This document shows positions 30,129 to 38,675 of a DNA stretch of 64,000 nucleotides, one piece after another. A model generated the notes under the pieces. The model saw only the letters and a list, made by a program, of their open reading frames with translations. It was not told the DNA's origin and did not search any database. This DNA comes from Minisyncoccota bacterium (GTDB lineage: Bacteria > Patescibacteriota > Minisyncoccia > JBAYJV01). The position numbers and the translations under genes were made by a program. The stretch lies in the NCBI GenBank assembly GCA_041664925.1, contig JBAYJV010000002.1, positions 8,302-72,301 of the forward strand, in the 5' to 3' direction. Position 1 is the stretch's first letter. Every line of letters begins with the position of its first letter.

Positions 30129-31028
30129 TCAGGAGCATGTTGCTGCTTCCAGCTGTCCCAGTAAACGGCTGTACTTTGGATGAGCTTCAAGCCACATTCT
30201 AATCTTTTCAAGCGATTCTTTTTCAATCTGACGAGCTCTTTCGCCAGAAATCCCATGCTGTCTGCCTATTTCCTCGAATCCTTGTTCTTCTCTTGAAGGA
30301 TTCATTCCGTAACGCGCCCTTAGGACGGCTGCTTCCCTTTGAGAAAGACCCAAGACCATCGCTTCAGAAATAAGCCTTCTTATAGAACTGTTTCTGATCT
30401 CTTCTCCGACAACTTTTTCTGGAGAAAAAGTTTCATCAATAATACCATTAACTTCAGCGGTCTCATCAGGGTCACTTTTAATGGGCGTGTCTAAAGACAG
30501 CACATCAAAAACTCCAAGAGCGGCGATTAAAGTTTTGGGATTAATCTTATTCTTTCTAGCAAAATCTACTATCGCTATTTCGGTATTACTATTGAGTCTT
30601 GCGTCGGGATGTTCTCTTGCGAATTTGACGATTGACCACTTAATATTTTGAGGCAATCTAATAGGAGAGGATATATCGTGAAGTTTTCTCCCAATCGTAT
30701 CGTCAATCCACCAAACTGCGTAAGTTGATGGTTTGCTGCCTTTTGTTGAGTCGAATTTTGCCGATGAATCGTAAAAAACACGAAGCAAAACTAAATAACA
30801 GTCATGAAGTAAATCAGCAATAGTTTCTTCGTCATTAAAGGTTTGGATCTTTACGAAAATTCTCTTAAGGATTAGCTTGGTCATGCTTAAAACTAAGCGT
30901 GCACAAGCTTCTTTATCGCCATTTCTGGCCTTTTTGGCTAGTTCTAATTGTTCTTCTTTTCTTTGAATTTCTGTGAACAAGCTTTTTTCTGGCATCTGGA
31001 CATGACTCTCAATCGTCGCTAGTGGCAT
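30129..31028 (-). CDS. divergent sigma70-family RNA polymerase sigma factor
   Basis: STYAVWWI (region 2.3-2.4), LSLDTPI (region 3), GISGERARQIE (region 4.2); region 2.2 degenerate. Confidence 0.85.
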   Translation of the reverse strand: MPLATIESHVQMPEKSLFTEIQRKEEQLELAKKARNGDKEACARLVLSMTKLILKRIFVKIQTFNDEETIADLLHDCYLVLLRVFYDSSAKFDSTKGSKPSTYAVWWIDDTIGRKLHDISSPIRLPQNIKWSIVKFAREHPDARLNSNTEIAIVDFARKNKINPKTLIAALGVFDVLSLDTPIKSDPDETAEVNGIIDETFSPEKVVGEEIRNSSIRRLISEAMVLGLSQREAAVLRARYGMNPSREEQGFEEIGRQHGISGERARQIEKESLEKIRMWLEAHPKYSRLLGQLEAATCS

Positions 31029-31273
31029 TGAACATCCTCCTTTAGAATTTCCTTCTGAATGTAATGAAGAGTAGAAATTCTTAAGCCCTTCCGTAGCTTC
31101 GGCTTGCCCTGCCTACCCTGCCTACCGGCAGGCAGGCGGAGCGTAGAAGGGTAATAATTTTTTAACACTAGACTGTATTTTCATTATTAAAGAACAATAC
31201 TTGCCAACAATACTAACATATTTTTATAAAAAAGCAACCCTCCTACGCACCAGTATAAAAACAATTATCCCTG

Positions 31274-31381
31274 AAACCCCGCACCAGTATCCTGCAGCAG
31301 AATAAATTCGCTTCAGGACAAGTAAATACGGTGCGGGGTTGTGATTGCGTATTCCTTCATAAATTCAGGAACGCACTCAAT
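31274..31381. repeat. about 107-bp composite repeat, inverted copy of 35048-35156
   Basis: ACCCCGCACC...GGTGCGGGGT plus GATTGCGTATTCC...CACTCAAT; partial third copy 34836-34899. Confidence 0.9.
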
Positions 31382-31384
31382 AAC

Positions 31385-31479
31385 AAAAAGGAGAGGGAAG
31401 CTTTCTTCCCTCTCTGGTCCCGCTTGCCATGTAGCGAGACGCCCCGAGCACTCCGCAAAGGAGGTTCGACAACGGTGCT
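31385..31479 (-). ncRNA. candidate sRNA, GAGAGGGAAG-terminator family (copy 4)
   Basis: TTGACA(31507-12)-16-TACAAT; GC-rich hairpins; terminator GAGAGGGAAG-AAAG-CTTCCCTCTCC-T5; no credible ORF. Confidence 0.6.
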
Positions 31480-31533
31480 TCTTTATTGTACCAAACACCT
31501 AGCCTCTGTCAAGAGATATTGTGGATAAGTTAA

Positions 31534-31896
31534 TCAAAGCGTCTTTAGAAAAGAACGAAACTTAAACTTAAAAAAGTATCTTGCGAAGAAAACGCTGATT
31601 GCGACGGGAATTGCTAGGCCGAGAAATGGCGAAACAAGGACAACTGTTCCTCCAAGAATCGTTTTATTGGTGTAGTTTTCCTTCGTAAGTAAATAGATAG
31701 CAAGATCGAATGTAATGTACATCGCAGCGGCTAGATTTAACAGAAGACCGAAGCCGATTGTCGTAATCATTTTCCCTGAAAAACCTGTAAATTGAAGTAT
31801 GATAACCAAAAGAACCGTTTCTATAATCAATGACGGAAAAAGAACTTTATAAATAAACTCTCGCAAAAACTGATCATTCTTATCCTGCGTCTTCAT
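31534..31896 (-). CDS. 3-TM orphan membrane protein
   Basis: Conserved hairpin leader with SD AAGAGAGG. Confidence 0.7.
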   Translation of the reverse strand: MKTQDKNDQFLREFIYKVLFPSLIIETVLLVIILQFTGFSGKMITTIGFGLLLNLAAAMYITFDLAIYLLTKENYTNKTILGGTVVLVSPFLGLAIPVAISVFFARYFFKFKFRSFLKTL

Positions 31897-32266
31897 GTTT
31901 TCACCTCTCTTAGAGATTCTTGCTGAATGACAGTGAAATTAGAAGCTCTTTACCCTGAGCTTGTCGAAGGGTTAGACCCCGGCTTGCCCTGCCTACCGGC
32001 AGGCAGGCGGGACTACACTTGCAACTCTTTCATTATAAAACAAAAAGAAGGAAAGTCAAATGTAAACCTGTTAACCGTTAAGCGTAAACCGTGAACCGCA
32101 AACCTCGCATTTCGCGATTAACGAATAACGACTAATTTTCTTGCCCTTCCGAAGCCCTGCCTACCGGCAGGCAGGCTTGTGCGTAGGAGGGTTGCATTTT
32201 AATCAAAATGTGCTAGTATCGTTGGCAGTTATCATGGTTCTTTAATATTAACAAAGGAGGGGGGGG

Positions 32267-33256
32267 ATGATTGGACAACTAGAAGTTCTCTATGCTTATT
32301 TCAGAGAAATTAGCAGAACTCCTCTTTTAACCAAAGAAGAAGAAATTGAATTGGCTAAAAAAATTGCTCAAGGAGACAAAGAGGCAAAAGAAAAATTTAT
32401 TAGAGCTAATCTGGGATTAGTTGCTTCAATTGTACAAAGATATAGAGTAAGAGATTCTCATTTAAGTTATTTTGACTTGATCCAAGAAGGAACATTGGGC
32501 TTAATTAGGGCGGTTGAAAAATTTAATCCTTGTAAAGAATGTAGATTTGCTAATTATGCCGCTTGGTGGATTAGACAATCGGTCTTGGTGGCAGTAGCAA
32601 AACATAGTAACAATATTAGATTGCCATGGGATGCAAGACGGTTGGTTTCCAAATTTACAAGAGAGAGTTCTGACGTAGGACTTAGTATGACTAACGGCGC
32701 GATGGCAGATTTTTGCAGAAAACACGCTGGAACCAATCGTAAGATACTAATCGCTGCTCTCGGGGCTTATAATAATATTGTGTGCTTGAATTTATCTATT
32801 GGCTGCGATGACAGTGATGCTATTGAAAGACAAAGCCTAAGAGAGATTCCTATTGAAGAGGATGGATTTGGAGATACCAATACCATAAAAATTGTTCTTG
32901 TTTCTCAAGAAGCAATTTCCTTGATGACCATAATTGGCGATGATGGAGATGCTCCCGAAGAGTATGTTTTAGGCGAGCAAAATCCTCAAGAAGATGAGCT
33001 CAGAAAATTGCGCAAAAAAGAAATCTTAGAAAAGGCGATGAATGCTGTTCTTAATTCTAGAGAAATAGATGTTCTCACCTTGCGATTTGGATTGGGAGAC
33101 ATAAAAGAACTAACTCTTCAAGAAGTAGCAGAGCAATATCATCTTTCTCGAGAAAGAATCAGACAGATTGAAAAAAATGCTCTTGAAAAAATTAAATGTT
33201 ATCTCAGAGCAGAATATGGAGAACGTATTCATGAATTAGCAAGATACCTTGTGTAA
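32267..33256 (+). CDS. sigma70-family (RpoD/RpoS-like, no region 1.1) sigma factor
   Basis: YFREISRTPLLTKEEE (1.2), DLIQEGTLGLIRAVEKF, YAAWWIRQ, TLQEVA..SRERIRQIE. Confidence 0.92.
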   Translation: MIGQLEVLYAYFREISRTPLLTKEEEIELAKKIAQGDKEAKEKFIRANLGLVASIVQRYRVRDSHLSYFDLIQEGTLGLIRAVEKFNPCKECRFANYAAWWIRQSVLVAVAKHSNNIRLPWDARRLVSKFTRESSDVGLSMTNGAMADFCRKHAGTNRKILIAALGAYNNIVCLNLSIGCDDSDAIERQSLREIPIEEDGFGDTNTIKIVLVSQEAISLMTIIGDDGDAPEEYVLGEQNPQEDELRKLRKKEILEKAMNAVLNSREIDVLTLRFGLGDIKELTLQEVAEQYHLSRERIRQIEKNALEKIKCYLRAEYGERIHELARYLV

Positions 33257-33465
33257 AATGGTAAGCGGTCACTAAAGAATAGTGACCGCATTTATAATCC
33301 TTGCTTTTTCTTATAAATGTGTTAATATGGGGACCTAGAATAGTTCTTTAACTTAATGTAGTCCTACGGTCACGAATAAAGTCCTCCTTCACTAAAGTTA
33401 CGGCGGGACGTAAGAATCTTCATTTCTCGTAAACTCGAAAGAATCTTCTAACGGAGGTGGGAAAA

Positions 33466-34320
33466 ATGTTTGAATGGCAAAAAGGAATTAGAAGCTATCT
33501 TAAAGAAATTGGCAAAATTCCTCTTTTAACTAGAGAACAAGAATTTGCTTTAGCTGAAAGAGTTGCCAACGGAGACAAAAAGGCAACAGAAGAATTTGCT
33601 CTAGCGAATTTGCGATTAGTCGTTTCAGTCGCAAGAAACATTCATTATTATTCTCCCACGCTCAGCATGCTCGATCTGATTCAAGAAGGCAATATTGGTT
33701 TAATGAAAGCTATCGAGAAATTCGATCGCCATAAAGGCTATAAATTCTCCACATACGCGAAATGGTGGATTTGGCAAGCGATTTTGAGAGCAATATCGGA
33801 TCATGGTAGAGACATAAGACTACCGTCTCATATACTTGAATCAATTCGCAAGGCTCAAAGGAAAATTTCTCAAGAGAAAGATAGAGAAGAGGATCCAAGA
33901 GATTTAGGAGAAATTCTTGAAGAAGACGGATTGAGCGATGCGAGTATTGTTGGGATTATCTCTGCTACTCGCGGAAGACTTTCTTTGGATGTTGAACTTG
34001 GAGAAGACGGAGAAACTTTTGAAGAATATGCTGATGGCAAGCAACCTTCTCAAGAAGATGAATTTAATGCATTGAGAAAAAGAGAAATCATAAAAGAGGC
34101 GATAAATGAGACTCTTGATGATAGAGAGAAGGATATTATTAACTTGCGATTTGGGATGGATGGGACAAAAGCATTAACTCTTAAAGAAATATCAGCTCTG
34201 CATGATATTAGTCGAGAAAGAATTAGGCAAATTCAAATAAAAGCTCTTAGAAAGATCGGACACTATATTGAAACAAAATATAGGGAGCAAATGACGGACA
34301 TAGAAAAAGCGTTTTTATAG
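33466..34320 (+). CDS. sigma70-family (RpoD/RpoS-like, no region 1.1) sigma factor
   Basis: YLKEIGKIPLL, DLIQEGNIGLMKAIEKFD, KFSTYAKWWI, SRERIRQIQ; ATG 33466 after GGAGG. Confidence 0.93.
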   Translation: MFEWQKGIRSYLKEIGKIPLLTREQEFALAERVANGDKKATEEFALANLRLVVSVARNIHYYSPTLSMLDLIQEGNIGLMKAIEKFDRHKGYKFSTYAKWWIWQAILRAISDHGRDIRLPSHILESIRKAQRKISQEKDREEDPRDLGEILEEDGLSDASIVGIISATRGRLSLDVELGEDGETFEEYADGKQPSQEDEFNALRKREIIKEAINETLDDREKDIINLRFGMDGTKALTLKEISALHDISRERIRQIQIKALRKIGHYIETKYREQMTDIEKAFL

Positions 34321-34378
34321 CAGTTGCTAAGGATTGGTTAAAACTTGACAATGGGTAAAATTCTGTTAGTATAGTAAA

Positions 34379-34485
34379 CAGGAGCGCAGAGGTGATTCTC
34401 GGCGTTCTCTTGACTCCATAACGCTCCATTGGGGAGTATCTTGGTGATTCACACGGAAGGGGAAGATGGCTTTCCCTTCCTTTTT
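34379..34485 (+). ncRNA. candidate sRNA, family copy 1
   Basis: TTGACA(34345)-16-TAGTAT; hairpins; terminator GGAAGGGGAAGATGGCTTTCCCTTCC-T5. Confidence 0.6.
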
Positions 34486-34684
34486 GTTATCTGCGTTTCT
34501 GAGTTAAGCGAAGATTACGCAAATAACAATCCTGAGCGAAGCTTGCCCTGAACTTAGTTGAAGGGTCGAAGAATTTATCCTGAGCGAAGTTTGCCCTGAA
34601 CTTAGTTGAAGGGTCGAAGAATTTATCCTGAGCGAAGTCGAAGGATCCTCTTGACATAAAATAAAATTCTGTTAGTATTATATA

Positions 34685-34792
34685 CGAGAAACAAGAAAAA
34701 TGCTGGGTTGATACCCAGCGCTCTCTTGACTCACGTTCCATAGTGGAACGTTCCAATGGTTCGGAGAGGGAAGATGGCTTCCCTCTCTTTTT
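34685..34792 (+). ncRNA. candidate sRNA, family copy 2
   Basis: TTGACA(34651)-16-TAGTAT; shares GCGYTCTCTTGACTC with copy 1; terminator GAGAGGGAAGATGGCTTCCCTCTC-T5. Confidence 0.6.
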
Positions 34793-34943
34793 ATTGACTC
34801 TGTTTTTGAATGAAATGAAAATTACAGAGTTAACAACCCCGCACCGTATTTACTTGTCCTGAAGCGAATTTATTCTGCTGCAGGATACTGGTGCGGGGTA
34901 TTTATCCTCTTGACATAGAATAAAGTTTTGATAACATAAATAT

Positions 34944-35047
34944 TGAGGAAGGTAGCTCCTCACTCCCGGTGTCCTGGCGTCCTCCTGGTGGACGTCCTGC
35001 CACCCGCCGTGCGCTGGAGAGGGAAATAGTTTCCCTCTCCTTTTTTT
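34944..35047 (+). ncRNA. candidate sRNA, family copy 3
   Basis: TTGACA(34910)-16-TAACAT; very GC-rich body; terminator GGAGAGGGAAATAGTTTCCCTCTCC-T7. Confidence 0.6.
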
Positions 35048-35156
35048 ATTGAGTGCGTTCCTGAATTTATGAAGGAATACGCAATCAATAACCCCGCACC
35101 GTATTTACTTGTCCTGAAGCGAATTTATTCTGCAGCAGGATACTGGTGCGGGGTTT
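35048..35156. repeat. about 107-bp composite repeat, inverted copy of 31274-31381
   Basis: Near-identical reverse complement by direct comparison. Confidence 0.9.
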
Positions 35157-36110
35157 ATTATTGTACTTCGGGGTTTACGCTCTGGTGCTGGTTTTTTTTA
35201 CAATTAAATATCCACCCATATCCATAAATATCATCCGCTCGGGGCGGATAAATATCCATTAATGTCTATGAATTTTAAGAATTATAATTTAAATATTGTT
35301 TCGTATTTCGGATTTTGATATTCGGATTTTATTATATATATAATATTGTAGCTCTGTTTGAGTTATCCACAGAATCTTAGAAAAGTTATCCACAGATTAT
35401 AGGCGCTTTTTCAGGTTTATCACTATCCATGCATTCTTTGACAATGATCTAGTTTTTTTGGTAGGATTGGTTATAAAGAAAGAGGAGAAATATATTTCAT
35501 CGCTAACAAAAATTTGTTAGAAACAACAAAATGCATTGTTTGTCTTTGTTTGTAGGGGGGACAAACGGCTCATTTAAAAACCAACACGAGAGAGGATTGG
35601 TTTTTTTTGTTTAAAATCGTTGTGTAGATGTCCGACATCTACAGCCAAGCGAGAAGGAACAGAACCTTAAAAACGGAAAAATTATTTACACTAGTGTTGA
35701 TAATTGATTATTGAAAGTTGAAAATTAATTCGCAAGCTTAGCTAAAAATGTGTGACAACATTAAAGCTTCGCGTCATCCTGAGTGTTTCCTGTCATTCCG
35801 CACTTGATGCGGAATCCAGGAAATAAAACAGATTCCTGCTCGCCTTGCTGTCGAAGCAGGCCTATGCAGGAATGACAGGATTATATCAGGATGACAAACA
35901 TAAAATGGTCGACCACACATCTAAGCTTATTATTGAAAGGTTAATTAACCTTTTCTCTGATTTTCAACGTATCGTAGGGCGTAGTACGAAATACGCAATA
36001 CGAAATACGATTTGAAAAATCGAGAACTTAAATTGATCTTAGTTATGAAAAAAGAATGAAGAAACCAAAGGAGGCTTCTGCATTTCAAAATCATAACTTA
36101 AATTAAAAAA

Positions 36111-37208
36111 ATGAAAAAAGTAATAGCAATTTACACTATCTTAGCAACTATTTGCTGGATAGTAAGCCCAGCATTCGTTGGCGCTATTGATACTGGACTA
36201 ACGAAGGATTCGGGCAGTGGAGCAAACCCAATTGTTAAAGCAAGTTGGGAAATGTATCCATCCGCGACACAAGGACTTAATGGTCGTGATGACTCGACAG
36301 ATCCAGCTTCACAATTTAAGGCATCAGGAATTTATGATTCAGATAAAACCATTCAAGTTTGTTCCATTGTAACAGATACTGATGGCATGACTGACATTAA
36401 TAATGTTTATGCTGATATTTATTATCCAACAGGAATATCGGGAAAACCAGTTCATCCAACTTGGGGATGTGGCAATCCTCATGGTAATGAATTTCTTTTG
36501 AGCCAGCTTCTTAAGGCTGATGGCATAACACTTGTTTGCAACGAATTGCAAAATAGTACTACTAATTCCAACTTAATTACTTGGGAAACAGGTTATAGCT
36601 ATACCGAAGTCTGTAATCCTGACGGAGAGCTAATGAAGGGCACTGCTTATGTGTATTGTGGATCAGCAGTACTTGATTACGAAGACCCATCAGGTGATTA
36701 TCGAACATTAGTCTTAGCTCAAGATAAGAGTGGTAAAAATGGAACCAACGGAACATCAGGACATCCTTTCACTTATCTTGCTACAACTGCTTACGAAGTT
36801 GATTTCAACAAAATCTCTTATGGTGCAGTTAAGTTGGGTACTACCAAAACCATCAATGGTAATTTAGCTTGGGATAGCGTTGGAACCAATAACGCTACTG
36901 TAAGAAATGTAGGAAATACACGATTAGCCATGACGGTACAACAGAACGATATGGGTCTTGGTATGACTGGCTCAGACTATAATGTGTCTTATGGTGCAAG
37001 ATTAGGCAATGATGCCGCATTTGCTCCATACGCTCCAAATGCTGCAGCGAAACAATTATTAGCTGAATTGGATCTTTCATCATCGAATGAAATGGATTTC
37101 ACAATTAATGTGAGTAAATTCCCAGTTACTGGATCAGACACATTCACTGGTACGATGACTCTCGGTGCTGTTTATGTAGATCATCTACTTTCACCTTGCG
37201 AAAACTGA
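36111..37208 (+). CDS. secreted beta-rich protein, candidate major surface/fibre subunit
   Basis: Signal peptide, Thr/Gly/Asn-rich, ends FTGTMTL like TasA/WxL-type subunits; long leader and structured 3' spacer. Confidence 0.65.
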   Translation: MKKVIAIYTILATICWIVSPAFVGAIDTGLTKDSGSGANPIVKASWEMYPSATQGLNGRDDSTDPASQFKASGIYDSDKTIQVCSIVTDTDGMTDINNVYADIYYPTGISGKPVHPTWGCGNPHGNEFLLSQLLKADGITLVCNELQNSTTNSNLITWETGYSYTEVCNPDGELMKGTAYVYCGSAVLDYEDPSGDYRTLVLAQDKSGKNGTNGTSGHPFTYLATTAYEVDFNKISYGAVKLGTTKTINGNLAWDSVGTNNATVRNVGNTRLAMTVQQNDMGLGMTGSDYNVSYGARLGNDAAFAPYAPNAAAKQLLAELDLSSSNEMDFTINVSKFPVTGSDTFTGTMTLGAVYVDHLLSPCEN

Positions 37209-37501
37209 ACAGATAATGATATAGGCGGGGGATTTCCAGCGCCTTGATAGGCACGGAAAAATTCCTTCGTGAAGGGGGAGGCTCTCACTGTCTCAATGAG
37301 ACATGAGCGCCTTCTCCGGAGAGGCTTGTGGCTGACCGTAGCCGTTAACCGCGAATCCTCCTTCGTTTCGGTTTAACCGGGACTACGGACGGACGCAGTC
37401 GTTAATCGTGAATCGTCGGCGACAAACTTCTCTGAACATATAATCAATATTTAGGAAGTGCGGACTTCCAAAGGAAGACCGACTTCCACTTTAATAAAAC
37501 T

Positions 37502-38455
37502 ATGAAAAAGATTTATTTAGCCATTACATTACTATTAGCTTCAATTTTTGTCTTGCCTCAATTTGCCGGTGCAATTGGACAAGTAACTCAACCAATTGTC
37601 TTAAAGGATGTTTTAAGGGGACAGACAGTCCAAGCAGATTTAATATTGCTTAATTCGGACACAAAAGTTATTACCTATGAATTATCAGCCGAAGGAGCAA
37701 TTGCTAAATGGGCGAAGTTTTACAAGAAAGATGACTCAATTAATCCAATTACGACAATTCAAGTTCCAGCTACAAGCACAATAGGTTGTGTTATAAAATT
37801 AACTATTCCTCAAGATACGCCCAACGGTGAATATAAAGGACAAGCAATGATTACAACCATAGAAACAGAAGGCGAAACAGCAGGAGAATCAAACGCCTCT
37901 ATTAGATTGAGGATTGGAAGAGATATTTCCATTACTATTACAGACCAAGAAATTCTTAAATTCACAGCATTAGTAACCCCCATGAAGTATGTAATTGCAA
38001 GCAACGAATTACTAAAAACGAGAATTATTTACAGCAACCAGGGCAATATTTTAATTAAACCAACGGTTGATTTTAAAATTTTGAAAGATAATCAGGTTAT
38101 TTTTAACGCGATTTATCCTTATCCAGAAGGAGATGAAGGAGTTATTCCTTTTACCCAAAAAATCATCCCTCTAATTGAATGGCCTACTAGTGGACACGAA
38201 AATGGTATGTATCAAGCACAGATTAAAACACTATTAAATGGCGTAGTACAAGGTGAGTATAAATTTGCATTTGAAGTTGGTCGTGATCTCTCTTGGTATT
38301 TGGCAGCGCTTGCTTCAATCGGTCCAGGAAAAGTTGGTTTGATTTTGATTGCGATTGGAATTGTGCTGATTGGGATATTTGCGGTAAGGACATTCGTCTT
38401 TAAAAAAAAAGATTGGGAACTAGCCGCAGGGTTTTTTAGAAACCTATTCTCGTAA
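37502..38455 (+). CDS. secreted Ig-like protein with C-terminal TM anchor (DUF916/WxL-interacting-like)
   Basis: Signal peptide, IPQDTPNGEYKG, NQGNILIKP, C-terminal TM followed by KKK. Confidence 0.6.
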   Translation: MKKIYLAITLLLASIFVLPQFAGAIGQVTQPIVLKDVLRGQTVQADLILLNSDTKVITYELSAEGAIAKWAKFYKKDDSINPITTIQVPATSTIGCVIKLTIPQDTPNGEYKGQAMITTIETEGETAGESNASIRLRIGRDISITITDQEILKFTALVTPMKYVIASNELLKTRIIYSNQGNILIKPTVDFKILKDNQVIFNAIYPYPEGDEGVIPFTQKIIPLIEWPTSGHENGMYQAQIKTLLNGVVQGEYKFAFEVGRDLSWYLAALASIGPGKVGLILIAIGIVLIGIFAVRTFVFKKKDWELAAGFFRNLFS

Positions 38456-38675
38456 GAGTAAGTTTAAAACTCCTGCCTACCGGCAGGCAGGCAAAAGTCA
38501 AAAGTTAAAGCCACAGTTCAAAAATCAAAACTTTAGTAGCTCATAAGTTTTAAGTTATGGTTTTGCACTTTAAGCTTTGCGCTTTGAATTAAATACAATG
38601 AAATTAAGATTTAAACATTGTTTCGAGTTTCGGATTTAGAAATTCGAATTTAAGCAAGAGATTTTTAAAAGTATA

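Noticed and set aside
34510-34645. Tandem 49-bp repeats resembling a mini CRISPR array
   Set aside because: Units are adjacent copies of the dispersed CCTGAGCGAAG/GTCGAAG repeat with no unique spacers and no cas genes.
34487-34756. ORFs 34487-34756, 34247-34429, 31313-31498, 31331-31528, 42894-43112 and 24155-24475
   Set aside because: They translate repeat, promoter and terminator DNA (e.g. FDFAQDK, PSTKFRA) and lack an RBS.
34345-34937. 16-bp promoter spacer as a signature specific to the alternative sigma factors
   Set aside because: 16-bp spacers also occur at many other promoters in the window (7333, 10355, 13690, 20907, 24266), so it is probably a genome-wide trait.
34379-35047. Candidate sRNAs as tRNA, 6S, SRP or tmRNA
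   Set aside because: No cloverleaf or T-loop, shorter than 6S and not one long rod, no SRP loop motif or tag frame recognised by eye; an Rfam scan is still needed.
35363-35394. Two perfect DnaA boxes (TTATCCACA) suggesting oriC
   Set aside because: No dnaA/dnaN nearby, and single boxes are scattered at about 31520, 43613, 47825 and 58376; insufficient for an origin call.
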